A stretch of 32,000 bases of DNA from Acaryochloris marina MBIC11017 (GTDB lineage: Bacteria; Cyanobacteriota; Cyanobacteriia; Thermosynechococcales; Thermosynechococcaceae), in contig NC_009925.1 in NCBI RefSeq assembly GCF_000018105.1, positions 5,430,001-5,462,000 on the forward strand. The letters are read 5' to 3'. Numbering within the stretch: position 1 is the first letter of the stretch; each line of letters begins with the position of its first letter. Below, piece after piece: positions 1 to 8,933 of this stretch. The notes under the pieces were generated by a model, which was not told where the DNA came from, made no database searches, and was given only the letters and a program-made list of their open reading frames with translations. The translations under genes and the position numbers were made by a program.

Positions 1-227
1 CTGTGCTGGCCGAGTCATAATCCTTAATTTATTTACCTCATTTGTCAAATTTGTCCCCATCTTGGACTTGTTCAGTCGATGATTTAGTCCAAATTCGTTG
101 GTGAAATGTTACGCTGTATACCTAGTTAGCAGGGGGTAAATTGTGTAGCCATCTTGATCCTTCAAGACTGGCTCAATGGCAAACTGTCATGTTTCAATTA
201 CCACCCATTGAGGTTGCACTGTAACGT

Positions 228-1121
228 ATGACCACTGCGAGTTCCGGCTGGCAACACCAGTTTATTCAAACCAATAAGATTCGGCTCCACTATGTCACCC
301 AAGGTGAAGGCGATTTAGTTATTCTTCTCCATGGATTTCCTGAGTTTTGGTACTCTTGGCGGTATCAGCTTCCAGTTCTAGCCCGTCATTTCAAGGTTGT
401 GGTCCCTGATCTACGGGGGTACAACGATTCAGACAAACCGTCGAGCGGCTATGATATCGACACCCTCAGCGAGGATATTGTTGGTTTAATCCAGAACTTA
501 GGCTATCGCTGTGCTCATATCGTTGGTCATGACACAGGCGGAATGATTGCCTGGAACTTGGCTCAAAAATTTCCCCAATATTTACAGAACTTAGTTCTCT
601 TAAATGCGCCTCATCCCCAACGATTGTTTCGAGAGTTTTCTAGCAATCTTGATCAGCTTCGCCGCAGCTGGTATCTGTTGGCTTTCCAGATCCCGGGGCT
701 ACCGGAATGGCTCATTCAATCCAATCTGCGCCAATTTCTCCAGGACTGGTTCCAGAAACAAGCCATTCGCAAAGCGGCCTTCTCTTCTGAAACTTTAGGG
801 ATTTATCAGGCTGCCCTAGAAAAACGTGGAGTCCTGTCTGCCGCGATTAACTATTATCGGCAGTTGCTGTCTCCCCAAGACTGGTTGTCCAATTCGGATC
901 GCAAACTGTTGCCCATCCAAGTCCCTACTTTGGTGTTGTGGGGAGAAGATGACACAGTTTTAAGCCCCAACTTAGCACTGGGTTTTGAGCGGTTTGTACA
1001 GGCTCCATTTCGCCTCAAGTTTGTTCCTGAATGCGGCCATTGGATTCAGCAGGAAGTTCCCAAAATTGTGAATCGAGAGCTACTAGATTTTCTGCGTCAG
1101 AGTAAGCCTGCTTTTAGCTAG
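228..1121 (+). CDS. Alpha/beta-fold hydrolase, epoxide-hydrolase / haloalkane-dehalogenase-like
   Basis: 297-aa ORF. It has an HGFPEFWYSWRYQ motif, a GHDTGG nucleophile elbow (Asp nucleophile type) and a C-terminal ECGHW catalytic His region. Confidence 0.8.
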   Translation: MTTASSGWQHQFIQTNKIRLHYVTQGEGDLVILLHGFPEFWYSWRYQLPVLARHFKVVVPDLRGYNDSDKPSSGYDIDTLSEDIVGLIQNLGYRCAHIVGHDTGGMIAWNLAQKFPQYLQNLVLLNAPHPQRLFREFSSNLDQLRRSWYLLAFQIPGLPEWLIQSNLRQFLQDWFQKQAIRKAAFSSETLGIYQAALEKRGVLSAAINYYRQLLSPQDWLSNSDRKLLPIQVPTLVLWGEDDTVLSPNLALGFERFVQAPFRLKFVPECGHWIQQEVPKIVNRELLDFLRQSKPAFS

Positions 1122-1172
1122 GTTAAAAATCTTTCAGCTAATTGCCTGGAACCAAGGAGCTATTTCAAAACA

Positions 1173-1448
1173 ATGGATCGGCAAGAAGCCTTACTTGCGT
1201 TGACCCAAGCAGGTCTTAAAGCAAATTACGAACGTTCGAACGGCGATTTTCTAGGTGGGGAAAGTATCCAGGGTAATGGAGAGATACCCATTTACACTAA
1301 TAGCTTTATGATCTGGAAAAACTCTGAATCTTGGGTTGCTGCGCTTCCTGGTTTAGGAAACACGGATATTGAAATTGAATGCTCTACCCTGAAAGAAGCG
1401 GTTGAAGCTACATGCAATTTTTATGCTAAAGAACAAACAGATAATTAA
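1173..1448 (+). CDS. Hypothetical small protein (91 aa)
   Basis: ATG ORF with AAGGAG about 14 nt upstream. It has non-repetitive, protein-like composition and no recognisable motif. Confidence 0.4.
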   Translation: MDRQEALLALTQAGLKANYERSNGDFLGGESIQGNGEIPIYTNSFMIWKNSESWVAALPGLGNTDIEIECSTLKEAVEATCNFYAKEQTDN

Positions 1449-1565
1449 CTTAATCACTATTACATCGTCAAAACTCCACCCATAAGCGTTATCCAGGGCT
1501 GTTTACTCTATTTTCTTCCTAGCTAACTAGAGTTGCTGTCATTGTTGAGCTCTCTCTTATCTAAA

Positions 1566-2684
1566 CTATTGCCCTATCATTCCTTTTAGGGCACTTACGA
1601 TCACCTGTCCTGGCACCTGATCCGTGATGTCAATCTTACCGAGCTGAGTGGGCAAGATAAACCGGACTTTGCCGTCTTTGACTTTTTTATCCGTCAGCAG
1701 CACATCTGCCACAGCTTCAATGGCAAAGTCAGCCGGGAGTTCAGTGGGTAATCCGGTTTTCTGAATCAGTTGGTGCTGACGTTGCGCGTCTTCAACAGAC
1801 CACCAATCTAGTTGGACGGCGATATCGGCAGCAGCTACCATGCCTAAAGCAACGGCCTCGCCATGATTAAACAAACGGTACCCCGTTAGACTTTCAATCG
1901 CATGGCCAATGGTATGACCGTAGTTAAGGATAGCCCTAAGCCCAGCTTCTTTTTCGTCCTGAGTGACGACATCTGCTTTGGCTTGAGCGGAGCGGGTGAG
2001 AATTTCTGTGAGGATATGCGGGGGCATGTAACGGTATTGGTTGGTGCGATCGCAACCCTCCAACACCTCAAACAGCTCTAGATCCCAAATCACACCATAT
2101 TTAATCACCTCAGCCATTCCCGCCCTAAATTCTCGGCTGGCCAAGGTTTTTAAGGTATCGGGATCGATCAAAACCAACCGAGGCTGATAAAATGCCCCAA
2201 TCAAGTTTTTCCCCTTCGGATGATTGACACCAGTTTTACCGCCAATGGAGGCATCAACCATGGCCAACAAACTTGTGGGAACTTGGACAAAGTTAATGCC
2301 ACGCAACCAGGTCGCGGCTGCAAACCCCGTCATATCACCAATCACACCTCCCCCAAGGGCGACAAGGGTGGACGAGCGCTCTAGTTTCAGGTCCAGGGCA
2401 TAATCGTAAATCTTTTGAATAGAGCGGGGGGTTTTGTAGCGTTCCCCTGCTGGCAAGAGAAAATGCTCAACCTGGAAGCCCGCCTGGGCTAAAGAATCTT
2501 GGACAATCTCCCCGTAGTGTTTCCAAATCTGGGGGTTAGAAACGACTAGGACTTTCTGTCCTAGCTTTACTGACTGCAGGGATCGATCCTGGAGCCAGGA
2601 GCCTAATTGGGTGAGGCCACCGGATGCGATCGCAATTTGATACGGCTGTTGTGGTAAAGGGACGGGGATAAATGTCTGCTGCAT
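1566..2684 (-). CDS. aroB: 3-dehydroquinate synthase
   Basis: 372-aa ORF. The [44 protein letters not shown] and HTIGHAIE motifs are typical of AroB. Confidence 0.9.
   Translation of the reverse strand: MQQTFIPVPLPQQPYQIAIASGGLTQLGSWLQDRSLQSVKLGQKVLVVSNPQIWKHYGEIVQDSLAQAGFQVEHFLLPAGERYKTPRSIQKIYDYALDLKLERSSTLVALGGGVIGDMTGFAAATWLRGINFVQVPTSLLAMVDASIGGKTGVNHPKGKNLIGAFYQPRLVLIDPDTLKTLASREFRAGMAEVIKYGVIWDLELFEVLEGCDRTNQYRYMPPHILTEILTRSAQAKADVVTQDEKEAGLRAILNYGHTIGHAIESLTGYRLFNHGEAVALGMVAAADIAVQLDWWSVEDAQRQHQLIQKTGLPTELPADFAIEAVADVLLTDKKVKDGKVRFILPTQLGKIDITDQVPGQVIVSALKGMIGQ
2046..2053. repeat. HIP1 octamer GCGATCGC (one of 10 copies in the window)
   Basis: Exact GCGATCGC occurs at 2046, 2626, 5176, 12820, 13370, 18311, 19074, 20167, 26241 and 31707 (start coordinates). 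Over-representation of this palindrome is a cyanobacterial hallmark. Confidence 0.8.
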
Positions 2685-2984
2685 GCCACTCCTGGAACTC
2701 CCTTGCCAGTGTGCCTTACAGGAACCCCTTCTGTCACTAGCAACTTTTTGGGGTGAGTTTTATTCCCCATTTAATCGATTGATAATTTGACAGGTCAACC
2801 GACGGTGCAACTAAGTATGAGATTGTTGAAGAGAATCCCAATCCATTAAATACTTGTCAGAGAGTAGGGTACCTTAACCAAGAAAGGCATTGCCAAGGGG
2901 CAATATCTTGAGCTGATGCCACCGATTACCCATATTGCAGTCGACGTCTGAGAGATCTTGCTAAAACTCCTTCTCCTAAAACTA

Positions 2985-4220
2985 ATGCCTCGGCGATCTT
3001 CTCTCCACGCTAGCTCCAGAACGAGAAATCTCTCAACAGCAAGAGATTTGACCAGAATAGTGGGCGTAATCGTTGGTCTATGCCTAGCTGTATTTCTCTT
3101 CACCCTTAGCGAGTACCCAAGCTTCGCTCAAAATTCGTCGGATCTGAATGATCTACAGGAACGTCGGATACAAGTTGAGGAACAGCGTTCCAAAGTCACC
3201 AAACAACGACAGCAAATTGAGAATCTTGAGGGGGCAGCAAAAAAACGATTAGGCGGGCTAGAGCGCAATATTCAGTTTACGGAAGGCCAAATCAAAGAGA
3301 ACGAAGCCAAACTCAAGCAGGCCAACGACAAGCTGCAGAAGATAGAAGCAGACTTGACCAAAGCTGAGACGGCCTATAAAAAGAAGCAGGGCAATACCGT
3401 TGCTCGACTCCGAGTCTTACAACGACAACGAGATTCCAGTACCTGGGTGGCTCTCTTACAGAGTAAATCCATAGAAGAACTGCTAGATCGCCGGTATCAA
3501 CTGCAACTCGTTTATAAATCCGATCGCACGTCCCTACTGGCCCTCAAAGATGAGAAAGAAAAGATTAACGACAAAAAGCTGTTAGCAGAGATCCAGAAAA
3601 ACCAAATTTCCCTGTTATCAGAACAACTCCTCTATCAAAAAGCCAATTTCAAAGCTCAAGCCTCTGTTCAAAGTCAATTGGTCACCCGGTTAAAAAGCGA
3701 TCGACGCGCTTTACAGGCAGCAGAACAGCAACTCTCCCGAGATGTTAACAATATTTCTCAGGTGATTGCCCAGCGCATCGCTGAACAACAAGTGGCTTTC
3801 CGCTCCAATGCACCTGGCTTTCAGCAAATTTTAGGGACGGGACAAATGGTCCGACCCGTGGTTGGTCCCATTACGAGTAATTTTGGCTATCGCTCCCATC
3901 CCATTTTTGGAACGGGACGATTTCATGCGGGGACTGATTTTGGCGCACCCACAGGCGCACCCATTTTTGCATCAGATAGCGGCACTGTGATTGTAGCGGA
4001 ATGGTATGGCGGCTATGGAAATGCTGTCATTATCGACCATGGCAATGGGTTAACGACCCTCTATGGACACTGTAGTGAACTCTATGTCACCGTCGGCCAG
4101 GGCGTCCAACGGGGGCAAACCATTGCTGCAGTGGGTTCAACAGGTTTGTCTACTGGCCCTCACCTCCATTTTGAAGTTCGAGTACAAGGCGAACCCACGG
4201 AGCCGTTGGCCTACTTGTAA
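2985..4220 (+). CDS. M23/LytM-family peptidase with N-terminal membrane anchor and long coiled coil (EnvC-like architecture)
   Basis: HAGTDF (HxxxD) and GPHLHFEV (HxH) metal-binding motifs lie at the C-terminus. The middle is heptad-rich and Q/K/E-rich. The ORF track starts at TTG 2958; I prefer ATG 2985, which precedes the hydrophobic anchor IVGVIVGLCLAVFLF. Confidence 0.85.
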   Translation: MPRRSSLHASSRTRNLSTARDLTRIVGVIVGLCLAVFLFTLSEYPSFAQNSSDLNDLQERRIQVEEQRSKVTKQRQQIENLEGAAKKRLGGLERNIQFTEGQIKENEAKLKQANDKLQKIEADLTKAETAYKKKQGNTVARLRVLQRQRDSSTWVALLQSKSIEELLDRRYQLQLVYKSDRTSLLALKDEKEKINDKKLLAEIQKNQISLLSEQLLYQKANFKAQASVQSQLVTRLKSDRRALQAAEQQLSRDVNNISQVIAQRIAEQQVAFRSNAPGFQQILGTGQMVRPVVGPITSNFGYRSHPIFGTGRFHAGTDFGAPTGAPIFASDSGTVIVAEWYGGYGNAVIIDHGNGLTTLYGHCSELYVTVGQGVQRGQTIAAVGSTGLSTGPHLHFEVRVQGEPTEPLAYL

Positions 4221-4223
4221 GCG

Positions 4224-5513
4224 CTATTCTGTAGAATTCAACCGCTGCTGCCATTCAGCATCAATGGCGTCTGCACGCTCATATTCCTGTTCTAGTAGGT
4301 CTTTTTCAGTGGTGTAGGCCAGATTCTCTGACGAAACCACTGACTGAGCCGCAAAAGTCTGGGCATAGCCAATTTTTTGTTGCAACGCTGCATCCGGTCG
4401 GGACAGGGTCACGGCACTAGTCTGGCGTTGCTGATTGCGCGCATTGATTTTGCTATTTCGTCCTTGAATCCAAAAGTAGCGGATCAGAGGAATTCCCAAG
4501 AAGCCGATACCGTAGGCCACTAAGACCCCAAAAATAGAATAGACGAACCCCACTAATCCACCGAGCTGAATCGCAATGGTGCCATCCCGTAGCAAAGACC
4601 ATAGCACTGCGGCTCCAACTAAATTTAAACCTCCTAGACCAATGGCTAACAGGATTTGACCTGAACCAGCTTGGCTAAATTTCCAAGGATATTCTTGGAG
4701 GTAGGTGGAACTCGCTCGCTGTTGACGGGCCTTCGCCGTCGTTTGCAGGGTTGGAAAATGATAGATGATTTCTCCCTGGGGACTGACTTCGGGACGACCA
4801 TCGAAATGCGTCAATACCGGAATCACATAGTCTTCGTTCTCGCGCTGATGATCAGACACCTCCAAATAGGGCGTGAGCTGTTCTCCTGTCACCGCCCCTC
4901 CATTGGTACGAATGATTGTCCCAATTTCCCGCCAGCGGCGATCCTCTAAATTGGCATTGGGATTACCATCCCCAAACAGGAACGAAAAGATAGCTTCTAG
5001 GAAGTTCATCTGATCCGGGTCTTTCGGTTGACGACGAACATGCTGTCGGTGATAGCGAGGATTGGGATTAAAGAACCAGAACAAGTCCGGGGTAATCCAG
5101 AATCGGGGGATAAAACTACCGGAACGACGATTATCGGAACGATCGTCTTGGCTGCTCATGGCAATTAAGATGATTGCGATCGCAACAAAGATCAGTACGA
5201 TCGACAACACCAGAAAGATCCCGAAAGAGATGCGAATCAGGTAGAAAATAGCAGGCCAAATCTTGTCCCAAAGGGCCTGAAAACGCAGACGCCAGTATTT
5301 ATTACGAAGAACTGAACGGAAATTTTTGGGGAACAGATAGGCAATATCTCCAGCTTCAGAGACTTGAAGGTTGCCAGAAACTTCGGAAGCAAGAGCAAGC
5401 AACCCTCGCTCTGTTTGATCAATATCTAGACCCGCCTGAGTCGCAACGTCGCCAACGGTCACTCTGTAGTTGAGTTGCTCAACGGCAGTCATTATCTTGG
5501 AATTCAGGGGCAT
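4224..5513 (-). CDS. Conserved multi-pass membrane protein of unknown function
   Basis: 429-aa ORF with a soluble N-terminal domain, then a long hydrophobic stretch (IFYLIRISFGIFLVLSIVLIFVAIAIILIAM) and 2-3 further TM helices near the C-terminus. It converges on the M23 gene with only 3 nt between the stop codons. Confidence 0.65.
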   Translation of the reverse strand: MPLNSKIMTAVEQLNYRVTVGDVATQAGLDIDQTERGLLALASEVSGNLQVSEAGDIAYLFPKNFRSVLRNKYWRLRFQALWDKIWPAIFYLIRISFGIFLVLSIVLIFVAIAIILIAMSSQDDRSDNRRSGSFIPRFWITPDLFWFFNPNPRYHRQHVRRQPKDPDQMNFLEAIFSFLFGDGNPNANLEDRRWREIGTIIRTNGGAVTGEQLTPYLEVSDHQRENEDYVIPVLTHFDGRPEVSPQGEIIYHFPTLQTTAKARQQRASSTYLQEYPWKFSQAGSGQILLAIGLGGLNLVGAAVLWSLLRDGTIAIQLGGLVGFVYSIFGVLVAYGIGFLGIPLIRYFWIQGRNSKINARNQQRQTSAVTLSRPDAALQQKIGYAQTFAAQSVVSSENLAYTTEKDLLEQEYERADAIDAEWQQRLNSTE

Positions 5514-5579
5514 GACCTACCTCATAAAGGAGCTGCCAAATGATGCAGCACGGATGGTTTACTTCTCGACACCCTTCTT

Positions 5580-5969
5580 TCAGTATAAGAAACCCCTTCT
5601 AGCCAAAAGGTACGGTTTGAGGTTCGGCTTCCCTGTATCGCAGTAGACAGTCATACCAGACTTATTGATAATAGTCTTGAACTTTAACCCCAGACCCAAC
5701 AGACCTAGCTCGTGTGTGCCCTTCCCCGAACCACTGCCCATGTCCGCATTACCCACCAGTCCTGGCAACAGGGACAAATTGAAGGCGAAGTTGCTGCCAG
5801 CAATTATATCTGGCAGTTTCAATGGTGCTTCCGGCAAGGGGAGTTAAAGGTTACCCCTTCCCTAGGCCGAGCTCTAATTAAAGAACCATTGGGGCGATTC
5901 CTTGAGCAGCAGGACTATCGGTTAGAACCCGGTGGTGATTATTCCTTTACGCTCCGCTGCAAAATCTAG
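5580..5969. other. Unresolved coding potential: mutually antisense short ORFs downstream of the cup gene
   Basis: The 85-aa minus ORF 5580..5837 (TTG start) overlaps the plus ORFs 5665..5847 and 5712..5969 (GTG start). None has a recognisable motif, so I cannot decide which, if any, is real. Confidence 0.2.
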
Positions 5970-6065
5970 GCATAATCTCAAACAAATGAGCTATTCCTCA
6001 TACCAAAGAGAAGCATGGTCGCATTTTCAGCCAACCTCAAAACCTCGATATTCTCCTAATCCATC

Positions 6066-6097
6066 TTTACAGGCTGATAGTTACCTCAGCCTGTAAG
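6066..6097 (-). other. Stem-loop 16 nt downstream of the cup stop codon (possible 3' end or stability element)
   Basis: TTACAGGCTGA (6067..6077) pairs perfectly with TCAGCCTGTAA (6086..6096) around an 8-nt loop. No U-tract follows on the minus strand, so it is not a canonical intrinsic terminator. Confidence 0.35.
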
Positions 6098-6112
6098 GGA
6101 ACAAGAAGTCGA

Positions 6113-7246
6113 TTAGGCATTAGCCTGTCGAATCCGAGATTTTGTAAATCGATTCATCCAGCCCTCTAAATATTTGCGATTGGCTTTTTGTTCTTCCAAA
6201 TCATCAGTGGTCAACGGATGGGGCGCTAGCCCCTGAAGTGCAGCCGTAGTCACGCAAAACATTGATTTTTGGAATGTCTCGCAAATTTGAATTCTCAAAT
6301 CTTCTTCCTTCCGCAGACTTTTTTGATAAACCTCCGTTAAGTAGTCAGGCAGATAGTGACGCATATCTTGCATTAACAATGTCGGCGGAATCCCTGAACA
6401 GCCAATGGGCAGCGGATCCGCATAGAGCGCTCCATAGGCAAAGTCACCTTGGAACATAGGAATTTGGTATGCCTGGGCATTGTAAGAAACCGTTCCCAGG
6501 AATGGCGTTCCCCTAAAAAAAACTGCCTCAACATATGGAACAGCCGTATCCATCAAGAAGGTTAAGTTAGCAGACTTGGGAAGAATGTCATAATCTGTAC
6601 CGCCGATATTGACGGTATAGGTAATGGGCCGACTTGCATCTGCGACTAGCCCTTGCAAAATATGGTCCACCACTTCCGGGATGGTTTTGATTTCACCAGC
6701 ATCATATCGATCAGAGAGATCGATAAAGATATCACTCATCACCCGCCAAAACTGTCCCAAGCCGCTGTAATAAGCCGACTGTCGGATTTGCTCAGGCAGA
6801 AAGTCAGGGAAAACCTTATCTAAGCCCAACATCAACGGATTGAGTTTGAACTTAGCTTTAATGACTGGCTTAATCGCCTCTAAAAACTCTGGAGAATCCA
6901 AATAAGTATCTAACCCGCCCCCTCCATGCCAGAACATGCTTTTCATGCAATATTCAGCATATTCATAGTTAATCCGGTCATGCCAGAGAAATTTCAAAAC
7001 CTTGCTCGGATTGATCTCACCATTAAAGTACTTAAATAGGGGGAAAAGAACTAAAAATTGGTGATCGGCAATATAGATTAGGTTATTGGAATAGGCGTCC
7101 AAAATAATGCCATAGCTTTTGAGAATACCCACCACTTCCAGGACATGTTCCGGGGAATCTCTCAACAGCGCTTCTCCCGCTTCTAAGCGATGAATGAACT
7201 CTGCCAATTGGTGTTTAGAGGGTTCTATTTGAGGCGTGCTTACCAT
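6113..7246 (-). CDS. cupB: CO2 hydration protein, ChpX/ChpY (CupA/CupB) family; CupB-like by length and by absence of a downstream cupS
   Basis: 377-aa ORF immediately downstream of ndhD in the same operon. Family-typical stretches are LEVVGILKSYGIILDAYSNNLIYIADHQFLVLFPLFKYF and MFWHGGGGLD. Assignment to the A or B paralogue is inference only. Confidence 0.85.
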   Translation of the reverse strand: MVSTPQIEPSKHQLAEFIHRLEAGEALLRDSPEHVLEVVGILKSYGIILDAYSNNLIYIADHQFLVLFPLFKYFNGEINPSKVLKFLWHDRINYEYAEYCMKSMFWHGGGGLDTYLDSPEFLEAIKPVIKAKFKLNPLMLGLDKVFPDFLPEQIRQSAYYSGLGQFWRVMSDIFIDLSDRYDAGEIKTIPEVVDHILQGLVADASRPITYTVNIGGTDYDILPKSANLTFLMDTAVPYVEAVFFRGTPFLGTVSYNAQAYQIPMFQGDFAYGALYADPLPIGCSGIPPTLLMQDMRHYLPDYLTEVYQKSLRKEEDLRIQICETFQKSMFCVTTAALQGLAPHPLTTDDLEEQKANRKYLEGWMNRFTKSRIRQANA

Positions 7247-7295
7247 AGCTGATGAGGGGTATAAGGAGGAACAAGTTGCAGAAACTAATTCAAAG

Positions 7296-8885
7296 CTACT
7301 CAGTAATTTCTATCTGTGGGCTAGAGGCCACGATAGAGCTAGAGGCATTTGCCATCGATTGATCGGGGATATTGGTGATCATAATTTGAGGCGGTCTAGG
7401 ATTGTACGGAATCAAAGCAGCGATCTGAGTTTCGCTCCAACGCACAATAAAGTTGGGTTGAATCCCTAGCAGAAAGATGAGTGCCACTAAAATTGCAGCC
7501 GGAAGCCGATCAGACCATGTAACGGTAGGAATACGGTCTAACTCATCTGGTAAACGGCCAAAAAAGACCCGATTAATCATTAATAGGAAGTAAACTGCCG
7601 TCAATCCAGTCGCTATCATGCAAACTAGCGTTTGCACAGGGAAAATGGGGTAGCTTCCTCTAAAAGTGAGAAATTCAGAGATAAAACCAACCATGCCGGG
7701 AATTCCAGCACTTGCCATGACGCCTAGGATCATCATGCTACCAATCAGGGGTAAGCCTCGCTCAGGATTGAGTAAGCCCCTGAGGAAAAACATATCTCGG
7801 CTGCCTGTCTTTTTATAAACGACCCCAACGAGCAAGAACAGTAAAGCAGAAATCAAACCGTGACTGACCATCTGACAGACAGCGGCAATCATACTCAGTT
7901 CGGTGGAAGCTGCTGCTGCCAGCAAGATAAAGGCCATGTGGGCAATGGAAGCATAGGCCACCACCTTTTTCATATCCTGTTGTGAGATGGCGCAAGAGGT
8001 CCCATAAAGAGCACTCACCGCAGCCCAGATGGCCAACCAGGGGCCTAAATATACCCAGGCATCAGGCAAAAGACCCACACCATAACGAAGTAGGCCGTAA
8101 GTACCTAACTTCAGCAGCACGCCAGCCAAAAGGACGGAAACAGGCGTTGAAGCTTCTACGTGGGCGTCAGGCAACCAAGTATGTAACGGGAAGAAAGGAA
8201 TCTTGATGCCAAATCCCAGCAGAATCCCCACCATCAAGATCAGCTGAAGTTTTAAGGTCAAGCCACTCGGGGTATCTGAGGCCCCCACAATAATGGCTCT
8301 TAACGGTTCATAGGCAAAGCTAGAGGCACCTGACAACCAGACGATTCCTAGGAATGTGGCAAGCAGAACAATGCCAGAGAAGGCTGTGTAGAGCAGAAAT
8401 TTAGTGGCGGCGTAGGATCGGCGAGCTCCCCCCCAAATGGCAATTAAGAAGTAAAGAGGAATAATTTCTAACTCATAGAACAAGAAAAAGAGAAGAACAT
8501 CTTGCGCTAGGAATGCTCCTGCCACACTGGAGTTCAGGAGAAGCATCAGGGCGTAATAGAATCTGGGCCGTTCGACCTCTGGGTCGGTACTCCAAATAGC
8601 GATAAAGGTCAGGAGACTATTGAGACCAAGCAAGGGCAGAGATAACCCATCCACCGCTAGGTGATAGTTCAGACCAATGGCTTTAATCCAGGGAATAAAT
8701 TCCCCAAATTGCATGGTCACTTGCTTGGGATTGAACAGAATCGCAATATAGACTGTCCAAACAAATACAAGACCTGCCACCACTAAGGCTACAGATCGAG
8801 CATATTTATTGGCATCAATGCTTTTGGGCAAAAGTGCTAATAACAGAACTCCAAATAGGGGGAACCATACGAGGACACTGAGCAT
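7296..8885 (-). CDS. ndhD4: NDH-1 subunit D, CO2-uptake class (NdhD3/NdhD4-type, NuoM-like antiporter subunit)
   Basis: 529-aa polytopic ORF with the NuoM/NdhD signature (LHTWLPDAHVEASTPVSVLLAGVLLKLG). It is sandwiched between ndhF and the cup gene. The D3 versus D4 call is tentative. Confidence 0.85.
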   Translation of the reverse strand: MLSVLVWFPLFGVLLLALLPKSIDANKYARSVALVVAGLVFVWTVYIAILFNPKQVTMQFGEFIPWIKAIGLNYHLAVDGLSLPLLGLNSLLTFIAIWSTDPEVERPRFYYALMLLLNSSVAGAFLAQDVLLFFLFYELEIIPLYFLIAIWGGARRSYAATKFLLYTAFSGIVLLATFLGIVWLSGASSFAYEPLRAIIVGASDTPSGLTLKLQLILMVGILLGFGIKIPFFPLHTWLPDAHVEASTPVSVLLAGVLLKLGTYGLLRYGVGLLPDAWVYLGPWLAIWAAVSALYGTSCAISQQDMKKVVAYASIAHMAFILLAAAASTELSMIAAVCQMVSHGLISALLFLLVGVVYKKTGSRDMFFLRGLLNPERGLPLIGSMMILGVMASAGIPGMVGFISEFLTFRGSYPIFPVQTLVCMIATGLTAVYFLLMINRVFFGRLPDELDRIPTVTWSDRLPAAILVALIFLLGIQPNFIVRWSETQIAALIPYNPRPPQIMITNIPDQSMANASSSIVASSPQIEITE

Positions 8886-8933
8886 TGGGTTAAGACAAAC
8901 TCCTAACTAAAGCGAAGAAATTAGATGGTGGGG

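Noticed and set aside
2846-3103. 85-aa minus-strand ORF
   Set aside because: It lies in the aroB/M23 divergent promoter region and is antisense to the 5' end of the M23 peptidase gene. It has no motif.
5540-5602. 20-codon micro-ORF (MMQHGWFTSRHPSFSIRNPF) with a perfect AAGGAG 7 nt upstream
   Set aside because: It is too short to evaluate from sequence alone and has no obvious downstream gene to regulate. It is mentioned under the 5580..5969 finding only.
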